Notes under the pieces: model-generated | What the model was told of the DNA's origin: nothing | What the model saw: the letters and a program-made list of their open reading frames with translations, nothing else | Databases searched by the model: none | Part shown: positions 51,701 to 64,000 of the stretch, piece after piece | Numbering within the stretch: position 1 is the stretch's first letter | Layout of the letters: each line of letters begins with the position of its first letter | Assembly: GCF_006345805.1 (NCBI RefSeq) | Contig: NC_042997.1 | Coordinates: forward strand, 73,718,001-73,782,000 | Source: Octopus sinensis | Taxonomy: Eukaryota | Reading direction: 5' to 3' | Length of the DNA: 64,000 bases | Position numbers and translations under genes: made by a program

Positions 51701-52914
51701 CTGAAATTGAATATGCTTACATTTAAACAAAATCAAAAGATAGCGTTAAAATATAAAGATGGAAAACGATAAATACTTGAGTATCTGCATGCTTTCTGTG
51801 ATATAGGAATTAATAGTTTTGTTGTGATGGTACTCTCTCGTAGTCTGAGAAAGGCAGTTCTTGCTGAACAACCTGCACAAATAATTTGTTTATTGTGATC
51901 AAATATAAGTGTTGTGCATTAGCTCACTCTCTCCATCAAATCGACGTTGTCTGAACAGGTGACGAAGTGATCCCAGATCAATGTGAGATGAAGTTTTTTG
52001 CTCAAGAACAAAACGCACAACCCCGTCTAGGAAATCAAACCACGATCGCAAGATCATGAGTGCAGTATTCTCACAGTCAATCCTGCCCCCAACCACAGTA
52101 TTGTTGTGTCATTGCAAACTCGTTCTACAATATTAGTGATCTATAGCCTTAAAACATTGGATATGATTTCAAGTTCTACTAGATTCTCATTTTTATATTT
52201 GTCTATTTTCATTTGCATTATTCATATTTCGTCCTTTTGCTTGGTTGAAATGAAAACATGAATATTCTCTTGAATTCCAGATTAACAGACCTCAAATTTT
52301 ATCAACTATACTTATCTATTTGTTATTTTTATTAAACTTCTAGCTTGTCATAACTTAAAATTTTGCATCGACAATTATAACGATCTGTCATTTTAATGAT
52401 AACTTCCAAATGAAGTTTAATTTAATGGATTTGGCCCTAACTCACAATTATCTTATGCTTCATTAGAACCACATACCCACTCATTTACAGCACAGCTACT
52501 TGATTGCATAATTCAATTAACTACTGATAAGCTCAAATCAATCCCTCAGTCATTAAAGGCGTAACTGAAGTGAAGTGCATACAGTTTGAAGTCGTATTCA
52601 GTTTTGGTTCTAACAATGTTTACCTTGTGCGAATTATATCAAGAAATCTCAAACAAACATTAAAACTACAATATAGTGCGAATAGAGGTATAATTAAATT
52701 GCTATGCGATGTATTGCAGAGAAATTAAATCCTATTCTCTGACCTCTAGCACTTTCGGCATCTTAGAACGAGAATAGGCATCGTTGTTTGTTAAACATAT
52801 CAGTGTCTGCCTATACATATACATCTATACATGTATATGCATGTGTATATATACATATATGCATATATATATATATAGAGAGAGAGAGGGGGGAGAGAGA
52901 GGGAGAGAGAGAGG

Positions 52915-53069
52915 AGGGTGGCTGTGTGGTAAAAGCTTGCTTTCCAACCACATGGCTCCGAGTTCAGTCCCACTGCTTGTGACCTTGGGCAATTGTCTTC
53001 TACTATAGCGCCGGGCCGACCAAAGCCTTGTAAGTGGATTTGGCAGGCGGAAACTGAAATAAGCCTGCC

Positions 53070-53112
<43 letters not shown>

Positions 53113-53292
53113 TCCCCCTACCATCGCTTGACAACCGATGTTGGTGTGTTTACGTCCCCGTAACTTAGCAGTTCGGCAAAAGAAGCCGATAGAATAAGTA
53201 CTAGGCTTGCTAAGAATAAGTCTTGGGATCGATTTCTTCGAGTAAAGGCGGTGCTCCGGAATGGCCGCAGTCAAATGACTGAAACAAGTAAA
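52915..53292 (+). mobile_element. Full-length SINE, followed by an inverted SINE head at 53329-53472
   Basis: GTGGCTGTGTGGTAAAAGC head to GACTGAAACAAG tail. Confidence 0.85.
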
Positions 53293-53499
53293 ATGATTTT
53301 TTTAAAAATAAAATTAAAATAATATATGCGACGGACTTCTTTCAGTTTTCGTCTACCAAATCCACTCACACGGCTTTGGTCAACCCAAGTATATAATACA
53401 AAACACAAGGTACCATGCAGTGGAACTGAACCAAGACCATGTGGTTGGGAAGGAAGCTTCTTACCACACAGTAATGCTTGTGTCTTTGGGTAACATATA

Positions 53500-54394
53500 C
53501 GAGGGGGTACCCAAAAGAAACCAAAATTTTGCAATATGATTTTATTCACTTAGCTTTACGTTTACACTTTTATCGCCTTCAAAGTATTCTTCATTTGAAG
53601 TAATGCATCAGTCCAAGCGCGTTTTCCACTATTCGAAACACTACTGGAACTCTTGCGAAGTGATTCCTTTTACCCCATCCGTCGTTTTTTTTTTCTTCAC
53701 CTCTTCAACATCTCCAAATTCCGTAGCGTCAGCATTCGTCGCCAGTGATGATCCTTGAAAAAAGATCCGGATCAACTTCCAACTGTTCTCTTAGTTCACG
53801 TCACGCATTCAGTCGTGACTGCTTTTGATCTTCTGTGAGCAAGTGAGGCACAAATTTTTCTGCAACTCTTTTCATTCGTAATTCCTCGCTCAAAATTCAT
53901 TGAGCTCCAGGACACACCAACCATATCACCAAGTTCGTCAATCGTTCGATGACGGTCCTTCAAAATCAGTTATGAATTTTCAAGATGTTTTCATTCGTTC
54001 AGGAGGTCGGCGGTCATCCTGAACGAGGTTGGTCTTCAAGAGACAAGTGACCGTTCCTAAAGCGTGGAAGCCACTCGTAAACTTGTGTTTTGATCATAGC
54101 AGCGTCCCTGTAAGCTGTTTGAAGCATTATAACTGTTTCGGCCGCTGTTTTCCGCAGCAGAAAATAGAATTTCTCGGAAGCACGCTGCTTCTTTGTTTCA
54201 GCCATCGCAAACGAACAAGGGAGAAGCACTGCAAAACAAAGATGCATCACGTGGCAGTACGACCGTAGCAGATAACACCGGTCGGCAGACTGATGCCTCG
54301 GGACAGCATCAAATGGCTTCTAGCGGCGGAAGCCTGAATTACAACGTGCTTGTCCTACAGAGAATGTTTCTGGTTACTTTTGGGTATCCCCTCG
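53500..54394 (-). mobile_element. Internally deleted mariner with both TIRs
   Basis: TIRs CGAGGGGGTACCCAAAAG / CTTTTGGGTATCCCCTCG with flanking TA; MAETKKQRA..LEDQPRSG*, KFVPHLLT, IITGDEC then a jump to the C-terminal EYFEGD. Confidence 0.9.
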
Positions 54395-55194
54395 TATATA
54401 TATACAACTTACTCTCTATTCGACCTTGCATCCAACCTAATACAATTATGAAACAAGCTGAACCAGTAACAATCTTATTTAGATTTTTAATAAATAATTT
54501 TCCGCAACTAACACTCGAAAATTTGAAAAGGGGAGAATAGCTAATCTGAAGGAATTTTCAGGCTGTTGCTGAAAAGTGAAAAAACGCTTATGTAATAAGA
54601 AGTGCGCATAGAATTAATATTAAAATAAATATACATTTATCCGATTACTCAATTACAAACATAATGTCAGGACTGAGGGAAAGAGTTATGTGCACACAGC
54701 TGTGTTCAAATTTTAGTTCTAGCTATTCCAAACTATGTTACAAACTATAAATAATGACATTATTTTCCAATGAATGCCTCTCGGGTTTTGAATTTTATGG
54801 GCAGCAATCATGGAACGTGCTATGGGCAAACACTTTATGAATATGATCTACATATAGATAGTTATCTACTTGTTTAACAATCACGTATTTAATCCAAATA
54901 TTTCTTTGTAAATCCTTTATATAATATTCATAGCTGCTCAATACTCAAAATAGAGCTCTCCTTATGATAGTCAATCGAAAGTGACCCTGTTCTGTATCAC
55001 GGGCACAATGGCTGTGGTCTTGAAATATTGGTATATACAAGATATATGATGCTGCATGCAAGCTTTGAAACTTAATGATAGAAGAATTTTCTAGGAATAT
55101 TAAATCTTATACAGTGTTACTTCTGAACTCTACTCAACAATTCTCGTTTATAGCATGGTTGTTTGGTTGTTGGATTTTTTTATAATCAAAATGT

Positions 55195-55570
55195 CCAGAA
55201 ATGGGAGCTATTCATTGCTACATGCCATTGTAAATTGAATATTGGAGTTTATATTGTTCAGTGTAGATTTGAAGTCCAGAAGTTTATCATAGGTTTCATT
55301 CCAGGGAATAAAACAATCGTCTAGGTACCTTTTCCAGTTGTCTCTTATATACTGGTGGAATTGGGGTCCAAATTTTTGGAGCGAAAATTCATATAGGGTA
55401 GATTCAAAGAAACTCATTATTAGATTCGCAAGGACAGGCTCTGCTTTTGTTCCCGTCGCAATACCGCATTTTTAGCGGTAGTATGTTTCATCGAATAGTA
55501 AGTAATCGTTTTGTAGGATGAACTTCAGAGGTTCAATGGCCGCACAGATCAGACTTTCGTCAAGCACACT
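55195..55570 (-). mobile_element. PLE reverse transcriptase core fragment
   Basis: LKFILQNDYLLFD..CGIATGTKAEPVLANLIMSFFES..WKRYLDDCF..LNNINSNIQFT. Confidence 0.85.
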
Positions 55571-56560
55571 AAGGAAAACAAAACACCACATCTCACTTTA
55601 AATCACTCCAACAGATATCACCCCACAACCCCAGAAACAAAGAAGCACACAACACAATTGTACAAAACCTCCCCCTGCTCACTCAAGACCCGAAAAGGAA
55701 CAACATTCTGAATACACATAAATTCCTCTAATGCAAAAGATAACACAATTCATTTAAGAGACTCCTAACAAATGCCAAACAATACTCAACGCATATGATA
55801 CCAACAGTTATAAAATGCGGACGACCTAATTGTGGTACATGCCCATACCTAACTGAAGGTTCGGAATTCACATTCCAGCAAGGAGAAAAAATTTCAATTA
55901 ATATCCAACATTACTGTGCCTCTCAGAACTTAATTTATGTCCTAATCTGCTCAGGTTGTTACCACAAATATGTAGACCAAACGAGCCTTACTTTGAAACT
56001 CAGAGTTACGTTGCATAAAGAACAGATTCGTTTTCCTCAATACAGGCAGTTAGCTCTGAGCAAACATTGACAGGTGCGCAAAAAATAAAACACCGAATTT
56101 TCATATTTTTCCATTATATCAAAGCAAAGATTCAATGTCCTTACAAGAACGTCTAAACAAGGAAAACCTGTTCATACAAAAGTACAGACCACACCTTAAT
56201 ACACAAACTTGACCACCCTACACATTCCTATTTCAAAATCAAATTTATTTACCACTATTCAATAATATTGAGGAGGTAGTTGTTCCCCTCGTCATCTATT
56301 GCCTCTCTTTATCCACTCTCTCCATTCATTCTTACTTTTCATGAAATCCAAAATGGTGTGATTCCTTTGTTTCAAAGAATGATTACTTTACGATGTCCCT
56401 TGAAAAGCTAGTTTAAATAGCGACAACTGGTTGGATATCACTACATTTTATGAGACTTTTACCACCCATAAAATATGTATAGAGATATTTTTATAAAAAG
56501 ATATTATAACCATGTGAAATGAAGGCATTTCTCTTCCCTTTTTTATATGTTTTACACATA
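55571..56560 (+). mobile_element. PLE (Neptune-like) Cys-rich linker, GIY-YIG and pLTR
   Basis: KCGRPNCGTCPYL..CASQNLIYVLICSGC..YVDQT..LRVTLHKEQIR; degenerate hammerhead CTTGAAAA-GCTA..TAGC-GACA at ~56399-56425. Confidence 0.75.
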
Positions 56561-56652
56561 TTTTTACTTCATAACTTGGCCACGTCGTGTATATGATTCT
56601 CCAGCATTTTTACTCCTTTATGTATGTATGTATGTATAATTATATATATATA

Positions 56653-58280
56653 CTAGCATTATGACTCGGTGTTGCCGGGTCATAGTGCTAGTGCATGTAT
56701 ACATGTGTATATATATGTGTACATATTACATGTACATCTATATATATACATCTACACATAAAATACAAAATACAAAGTTATATCTTGATATCGCTAGTGA
56801 TAACAATACTCAAAATATATAACAGACTGGAATTGTAGGCCCGTCTCTTGCAATTTCGATCAATTGTATCTTGTCCTCCCTCTTGTATAGAAATGTGGCT
56901 ACAATCCAGCCTACCTCTACTTCTGGGGGGACATTTTAAATTTTTATCCGGGACGTCCTACGTCCCAGATATAAAGGTAAAAATAAAATATTTCCACTTT
57001 GCAAGGTTCGAGTCGAGTACTCCCTTGCACGCTCCGTTAACTCGAACCTTGCTTCTATTGTGGCGAATTTACCGCCTCTGGTTAGATACTTGATATCATT
57101 CATAGTCGCACCAAGACACTTTTCGATGGTGCTTTCCTCCAGGTGTTCAAATCTTTTTTTTTCTCTACATTGTATACTTTATAGACAATAGTCTTTTCTT
57201 TAATTATATTTTTTATTTCGTTTGGTGGTGTTATCTTAGATTCACCGTCTTTGTCGGTGATCAATCCGAAATAGGTTTGTATTTCTTCCATTTTAATTTT
57301 AATGAGTTCGCGCCCGCCGACGGCTGCAGCGAAATTCATTTTGGGACTTTCATCTGTCGAAGACATTTAAACAAAAATGCTTCCGTATAAACGGTGAAAA
57401 TATTGTCAACTTCTCCAAACAGGGACACAATTCAATTTTTAAACAATAACCAAAGCTCCTTCTCCCAAAGGGGGAGGGTTACGGTTTACAATTATTTAAC
57501 AAATGCAACACAACAACGCTTCCCTTACGAGGAACCAACGAAGGTGATAATAATAGTTAAACAGTAATAATAATAACAACAAACCTTACGGTGAATCAAA
57601 AATCAGTACTCAGTTGAAGCTATATAGTCCTTTATGGATCAGAAATAAACCAACAGCAGTACTCAGTAGAAGCGTCTTTTCGAGAAAACAGACATTACAT
57701 ACAGCCAAACTTCATATAGATACTTAATGCTAGCTAATTAGCAGATAATTTAATGTAAAAGCCGTGGTAAAGTGTATGTGCAAAGCTCCATCTGGACTAT
57801 TCCATTTCTGCACTTAAATTTTATTTTCTATTTATTCACATTCATGTGAAACCACTTATTCAAGTTCAAGTCATTGATGCAATTTTATACCAATTGCTAT
57901 TTTTACTTTTAATTGTTATGTTACGATTTAATTATTATATTATACTTTAGTTTTATTTTAATTATTACTTACTACATATAATTCAATTGTTATTATTACC
58001 TCTAATTTTTATTGTTAAAGTGAAAGTATCTGACATAAAATAGAGAGATGTTTTTGTTTCATTTTTAACACGTAATACTGAAATAGTGCAGAAGATATGA
58101 TATTGCTATGGGCTCGCCCTAGTCAAGAAGTTGAACATTTTTGCCCATGAAACTACATGGACCCTAAGTAAGGCATGTGTAAAATTTGAATAAAATTGCT
58201 TGTGTAGTTCTCAAGTTTTAAGGTAACACATAGACAGACAGACAGACAGGCAGACACACATTCTCAGTTTTATATATAGA
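56653..58280 (-). mobile_element. Non-autonomous Helitron-like element
   Basis: Minus strand begins A^TCTATATATAAAACTGAGAATGTGTGTCTG(TCTG)n at 58280 and ends with a GC hairpin + CTAG^T at 56653. Confidence 0.7.
56830..57710 (-). mobile_element. 5' UTR and ORF1 N-terminus of a probable Tx1/L1-like LINE inside the Helitron
   Basis: MSSTDESPKMNFAAAV...; after a frameshift IKYLTRGGKFATIEARF..LPLYLGRRTSRIKI*NVP. Family call from memory of ORF1 style only. Confidence 0.45.
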
Positions 58281-59018
58281 TATATAGATATATGTATATA
58301 TGCATACATGAACTATTGTACATGAACGGAGGATCAGTTTCAGTGAATGTCTGTCAAAAACCTGAAAGTCATGTGGAAGTTTTAAGGTAACACATAGACA
58401 GACAGACAGACAGACACACATTCTCAGTTTTATATATAGATATATAGATATATGTATATATGCATATATGAACTATTGTACATGAACGGAGGATCAGTTT
58501 CAGTGAATGTCTGTCAAAAACCTGAAAGTCATGTGGAAGATTGAAACGGCAGATTCATAATAAACAAGCGGAAAAATGGAGTCAATACTACAATGAGACA
58601 TTGCTGCTGCACATGTGATCAGCTCTTCAAAGACCTTTCAGGGCTCAAATGTCATCTACGATCTCATGCTAGGAAAGGACAATCAAGTACAAGAAGAGGT
58701 CAAGCTCTGTATCAATGAAAACGGGCACCACATGATGGATGTTGGTTTCCACACTTAATTTTAACAAATGTTAATTCAATACAAACACATTGATATCAAT
58801 CAAATTTGTTTGCACCTAAAATTAATGATTTTGTAAATTTTTCGAAAACGCCCGTCCTCTCTGACCCACACTCTATTATTTCGATAGCAAGTATAACTGG
58901 CGGTGCCCTCTCATCATTAAACTATCCTTCTAACAATATTTAAAAATTAACGTTTCAAATTAAGGAAGTATTTAAGAGTACACTGCTTCCAGACTTATAT
59001 ATTGATTAACCTAATAAG

Positions 59019-59057
<39 letters not shown>

Positions 59058-59058
<1 letters not shown>

Positions 59059-59260
59059 CTTTATTTGTTTCAATCATTTGACTGCAACCACGCAGGGGAA
59101 CTACCTTTAGTCGAACAAATCGACCCCAGGATTTAGTCTTTGTAAGCCTAGTATTCATTCTATTGGTGACTTTTGCCGAACCGCTACGTTACGGGGACGT
59201 AAACACACCAGCATCGGTTATCAATCGATGGTGGGTGGGCAAATACAGACGCACAAATAC
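59058..59260 (-). mobile_element. SINE 3' half
   Basis: TCATTTGACTGC..TTTAGTCGAACAAATCGACCCCAGG. Confidence 0.75.
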
Positions 59261-59261
59261 A

Positions 59262-59293
<32 letters not shown>

Positions 59294-59531
59294 CATACAT
59301 TACGTAGATCTCAACTGCTAGTAGCTGAGATACCAACTTTCTACGTAACTCTACAATCCATGCCAACATGAAACATAGACGTTAAGTGAAATGTAAAAAG
59401 AAAGTTTTCAACTCATATATGTATATAAAGTAAATATACGTTTGTCTAACTTATTTCTAAACCAAAAAACAGGTACAGATTAACAATGAAAGGCCATACG
59501 TAGAGTACACGCACGCATACACACACACACA

Positions 59532-59585
<54 letters not shown>

Positions 59586-59724
59586 CGAATATATCACATT
59601 ATTGTTTCTCTTTTATACACACAGATATACATTCACGTATGTCAGTCGAAAAGTAAAAGTGTAATAGTAATACTTTAACACTCAATGGTTTTACACTTCT
59701 GTATCTGACATGGACCTATTATTC

Positions 59725-61310
59725 ATGTAAATGCTTCGTCATATATTGTGTTTACTGTTTTGCCATGTTTATCACTGGGAATGTAGAGGTTCTTTTAATC
59801 TCCAACTCTAGAACATCCAACATACAGCTGACCATGTGAGAAGCAAGGCTGAATGGGTTAAGTCCCACCACCTTTAGAGATTGACCTTGTGCTTTGTTGA
59901 TAGACATTGCAAAGCTAAGTTTGACATGAAACTGCAGTCTCTTGAACTGAAAGGGGAGATCATTTGAGATGAGAGGTATCCTTGGAATGAAGACATTCTC
60001 GCCCATCATGTTCCTATGATGGAGAAGAGGTTTCTCAGCTGCATAGGTGACTTGCACATTTGTGCCTCTGTCAGAGTGGCATCCCAGTGTGTATCATCTT
60101 CCAGAAGACCTCTGAGATAGCAAGCCTGATGATATGTTTGACACTGCGTTATCAACCATATGTAAGGCTGTAAATAATGTGGGTCCCTTGACATGGTGTA
60201 ATAGAAGCTTGAGATAGTAGCACTGTGAGTAGTTGGGATGGACTGCATAGACTCTGCTAAGTGTGTCTGATTTCTTGATTCCCGGATGGTGTGTGGGTGC
60301 TTCAAGTGCATTTTTTTTCCATTTGTTTCGGTACCAGGTATAGAATTGTGAACTTCATTGTATAACAGTCTTGTAGCAAATTCATCATCTTGACAGAGCT
60401 TGAAGAATGCTGTGAGTGTGGTATTTTTGTGAGCTTCCATTTTTAGTTGGACTGTGTCAGTCAGTGTGCTGTCCCTGAGATGGTGGACAATGTCACGCTT
60501 GTCATGTTCTTACCCAACCAGAAGCACAGCTATTTCATTTGCTGTTGGCGCATTAAATCTCCCTCCATGTTGACCAGATGGTTTCTTGTCTGATCTGATA
60601 ACTACCTTGTAATCCAGGGAGTCAGGTGGATTTTTTTCAAGTGCAGTCTTTAAGCTTCTGATCAGGCTGTTGTTGTCATGCAGTATCTTTTGCAGAGACA
60701 CTACAATGTTCATCTTGATGCCGGAAATGTTCTTGCACCTCTCTTGTCCTTCTTGCTGAGAATCACCCATAAAATATATTTGAAGGAATTTTGGTGATTC
60801 ATTTGATAGAGGTAGTAGAGAGCCAATCTGATGATAAATCTGACCTTGCGCATGGTAAGTTTGCATGAATCCTGGCTCACTTATATATTTTGTGGCTCCA
60901 AATGATGTCATCTGTAGAGCAGCATTGTACTGTCTAATTTTGTTTTGGAAGTGCTTGGAATCTTGGTCAGTTAATGACAACAGTTTCTTCAATGGCTCTG
61001 AATTTTAACCTTTCCACCTCTGCAGCACAGGTGTCTCTCCAGACTACTTCCCGGCTCTACAATGTATGCACTCAGTTGTCATTGCACCAATGGAAACTCT
61101 AGAGTCACCTGTATAATGAACTGCAGGATCATAATTGAATGCTGCTTCATAGAAGTTGTTTCTCTGAGCTGTTGCAACTGCTCTTCTGCAGCTCTTCTGT
61201 TCATCACTTGGAGATGCTCTGACTTTTGTAGTGAACAGTCTGTTCGTTTCTTGGCATGCTTCCCTTTCTGCAGCTATCTCTCTTTCCCTGGACAGAAGCA
61301 TTCTTTTGGC
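59725..61310 (-). pseudogene. Helitron Rep/Helicase pseudogene with two large internal deletions
   Basis: AFNYDP..IGAM..CIHCRA; IRQYNAALQMTSFG..QGQIYHQIGSLLP..PKFLQIYF..GRFNAPTANEIA; TTLTAFFKLC; GLLEDDTHW; IPRIPL..KRLQF..SFAMSINKAQGQSL (Pif1-like C-terminus). Confidence 0.9.
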
Positions 61311-62220
61311 TCACCCTTGATATTGTAGACAAATTGGCATAACTACAGATTTCTGCCCACCCGACTTTGGATGATCATAACTTTCAGAAAAATGGGTATT
61401 TTTAATGAAATTTTCTAGGAATATCTGTTGTGTATTGTAAATTCCGGATATAGAAAAGTTGTTGGGGAAAGTATTTAGGTGGGGAATTTCGGAAAATTCA
61501 CCGGAGTCCACTTCAATTTGTCTTAACTTTCAAGAAAATGGATATTTTTAATGAAATTCTCTGTAGGTGCTACAATGCACCCTCAGAGTGGTAGAAAAAC
61601 CGTAAAACATCCAATCAGAAAATTTATCCAATATTTTTCGCACATCATAAGCGTAGAGTTATGTCTGTGATATTATTTCAAAAAGACAAGTATTTGTAAT
61701 AATTAAATTTATTACGTATAAAACATTGTGTTACACATAAAACATATTATTTGATAAACTAATCAATGTTTTGAGTAAATTAGCATAAAACCAGAAGTTA
61801 GTTTGATTTGATATATTTATACATCATGAAACCGCCTCTTTTGGCATGTGGGTTTGGATATTTCAGATAATATGGAGCAGAGGAAATGGTATTGTGAATA
61901 CAGGAATACTCGTTTATTTCTAAAAAGTAACGACAATGCACTATATAAAGCTGTTTTCATCAAGAATCCAAACTTTGCATAATAGGGAACAGAATGTATA
62001 TAAAATGAATGCACCAAAGTTACAAGATGTAGCAACTCACATTTCAATGTAGCTACGTTCCACACCTATAGTATTGGAATGATCATCCTTGCTAGTTGTT
62101 TTAAATTTCAAGAACCCACAAAGGAGAGGGGCGCTTGCTTAATAATTAGTTGGATTATCGTTATAGATAGACCTCTTTCTATTCGATATATTATGTGTGT
62201 ACTACCACCTCATCTATCTA

Positions 62221-62824
62221 TCTATATACTACAAAAACTCTGTGATTGCTTGCTTGCTTGCGTGCGTGCTTGTCTGTAATTTGATACAGCCAAACTGGCG
62301 CATAACGGGAAAATACTCTAAAAGTAAGGCACCCCGGATATGTGAATACAAACGGAATTTAAACAAGTTTCGCGTAAATTGGACCGAGAATCCCCGAGAT
62401 ACGCCGGTTTTGGGGGTACCTTCATAAATAACCAAAACGGCACATAATGGGAAAATGCTCCGAAAGTAACATAGCCCTTAAAAGGGAATATATAATACAA
62501 TGAAAAATTGTTTTGTATTAATTTTATATTTATATTATGTAACAATTACTTTTCCATTTATGTAGAAGTGTGCACATATGCCATAAATAAATGCTGTTAC
62601 TGGAGTTCAAGTTTATCCCAGAAGTTCTATTTCTATTAAATGCTGTAAATAATCAATGAGACCTTAAACATGAACTTGTAAACCAGACCTATGATGGACG
62701 AACGAATTGAAATATTTAACTGGATCATCATAAAAATAACTTTCATTTCAATGCAATATTGAAATCAGCAGCAATAGTTTATAACCCGAGCCGTCAGTAA
62801 TCCAACGGGTCACGGATAGTCTAG
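62221..62824 (+). mobile_element. Short non-autonomous Helitron-like element (604 bp)
   Basis: A^TCTATATACTACAAAAA..(GCTT)n start; ACCCG...CGGGT hairpin then CTAG^T at 62821-62825. Confidence 0.65.
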
Positions 62825-63506
62825 TATGTAGTTATAATCCAATATGCGCCTCATACTACCAGAGGTATTTTCTCATTTATATTGTTGATATTTATAATCA
62901 ACGGCACTATATTCATTGTGGTTTTTCTGTAAATTATTCACTCTTACAATAAAATAGAATGCTTCATTGAGGAGAGATAATAATACCGTTACTTTTACAA
63001 GTTACATTTGAGACCGTTCCAATCTATAATGTGTGTATTATCCAAATATTGCAATCACCCGATCTTGTTGGAATTATCAACATTATTAGCCGAACAGCTT
63101 GGATATTCACAATTGATCCGAATTTTTCAATTCACTATATTACATATGTCAAACACTAGTGTATTTAGATATACAAAATATGGTACGAAAGTTATTTTTA
63201 ACATCAGCAATAATTTTGTTATTCATAATCAGCATTACTACAATCTCGCATCTATGTATATGTGCGTTTGTGCATATTTATTTGAAGACTACAAAGAAAT
63301 CTAGTTAGCTTTAACAACCAAATCGACCCCGATCTGCACAGTCTACACTATTCGAAATCCTGGTACACAGCTTTTTCTCTTTTTTTTTTTATACACCCTC
63401 TTAGAGTTTTCGTGCAATAATTCTTTCTTCATAATCAAGTGACCGAAGATATTAATTCACTGCATTGCATACATGAAGCCCCACAATATGTGTATGCAGT
63501 ATGCTT

Positions 63507-63507
<1 letters not shown>

Positions 63508-63560
<53 letters not shown>

Positions 63561-63619
63561 GAGAGAGAGAGAGAGTGAGAGAGAGAGAGAGAGTGAGAGA
63601 GAGAGAGTGAGAGAGAGAG
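63508..63619. repeat. (GA)n microsatellite
   Basis: Direct reading. Confidence 0.95.
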
Positions 63620-63639
63620 ATCTAAGCGTGTATGTATTC

Positions 63640-63770
63640 ATGGTGTGGCAGTATGGCAAGAAGTTCGCTTCACAACCACGTGAATTGGAGTTCAGTTTCA
63701 CTTCGTGGCACTTTTGGCAAATGTCTCCTACTATAGGACCGGGCCGACTAAAGTCTTTTGAATGGATTTC
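63640..63770 (+). mobile_element. SINE head
   Basis: GTGTGGCAGTATGGCAAGAAGTTCGC...GGCAAATGTCTCCTACTATAG. Confidence 0.65.
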
Positions 63771-64000
63771 CACTGCGTTTCCAACTGCGTTTCCCTCCGG
63801 AAACAGTTCCGCAAACATAGGATGAATTTGATCAGATAAAATGCTTACATAGTCTTGACTATTAATTCTGCCATAAAGGGAAACCATTAGGCCGGCGGAT
63901 TTCCAAGATATAGCCCACCAAATTCATCACAGATCCTTCCCCGTGTTTAACAGTTGGAATAAGGCAGTCTGAGTCAAATGCTTCTTTTGGCTGTCTCCAC
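63771..64000 (-). mobile_element. Tc1-like transposase fragment, runs off the window
   Basis: WRQPKEAFDSDCLIPTVKHGEGSVM, MVSLYGRINSQDYVSILSDQIHPMFAELFPEGNA. Confidence 0.75.

Noticed and set aside
58213-58539. Repeats considered as CRISPR-like (also 8536-8782 and 32364-32445)
   Set aside because: They are simple tandem duplications without unique spacers, in a eukaryotic context with no cas genes.
59309-59332. Imperfect palindrome centred on CTAG as a possible 3' end of the RepHel Helitron
   Set aside because: It is separated from the ORF end by unrelated sequence and a (CA)n tract, and lacks GC-hairpin geometry.

Overview
Eukaryotic, AT-rich, microsatellite-saturated DNA. It is most likely an octopus genome, inferred from recurrent octopod-type tRNA-derived SINEs and (TA)n/(ATAG)n tracts. 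There are no prokaryotic systems, CRISPR arrays, rRNA or true tRNA genes. One clear host coding exon (16750-17541, +) encodes the N-terminus to TM5 of a leucokinin/lymnokinin-type neuropeptide GPCR, with a clean acceptor and a phase-0 GT donor. I could not find the TM6-TM7 exon in the remaining 46 kb, so most of the window is probably a very long intron. The rest is a mosaic of transposon relics: mariner, maT, rosa-like and Tc1 DNA transposons, three Helitron-derived elements, a Gypsy LTR element, Tx1/L1 and CR1-like LINEs, many SINEs and many Penelope-like (PLE) fragments. The most interesting pattern is a recurring head-to-head fold-back architecture of PLE pseudo-LTRs whose 3' ends point outward, mostly into (TA)n tracts. 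Several carry type I hammerhead ribozyme motifs, and one at 41836-41908 (+, same strand as the receptor) looks structurally intact. All assignments are by eye from motifs, and repeat boundaries are approximate unless termini are quoted.
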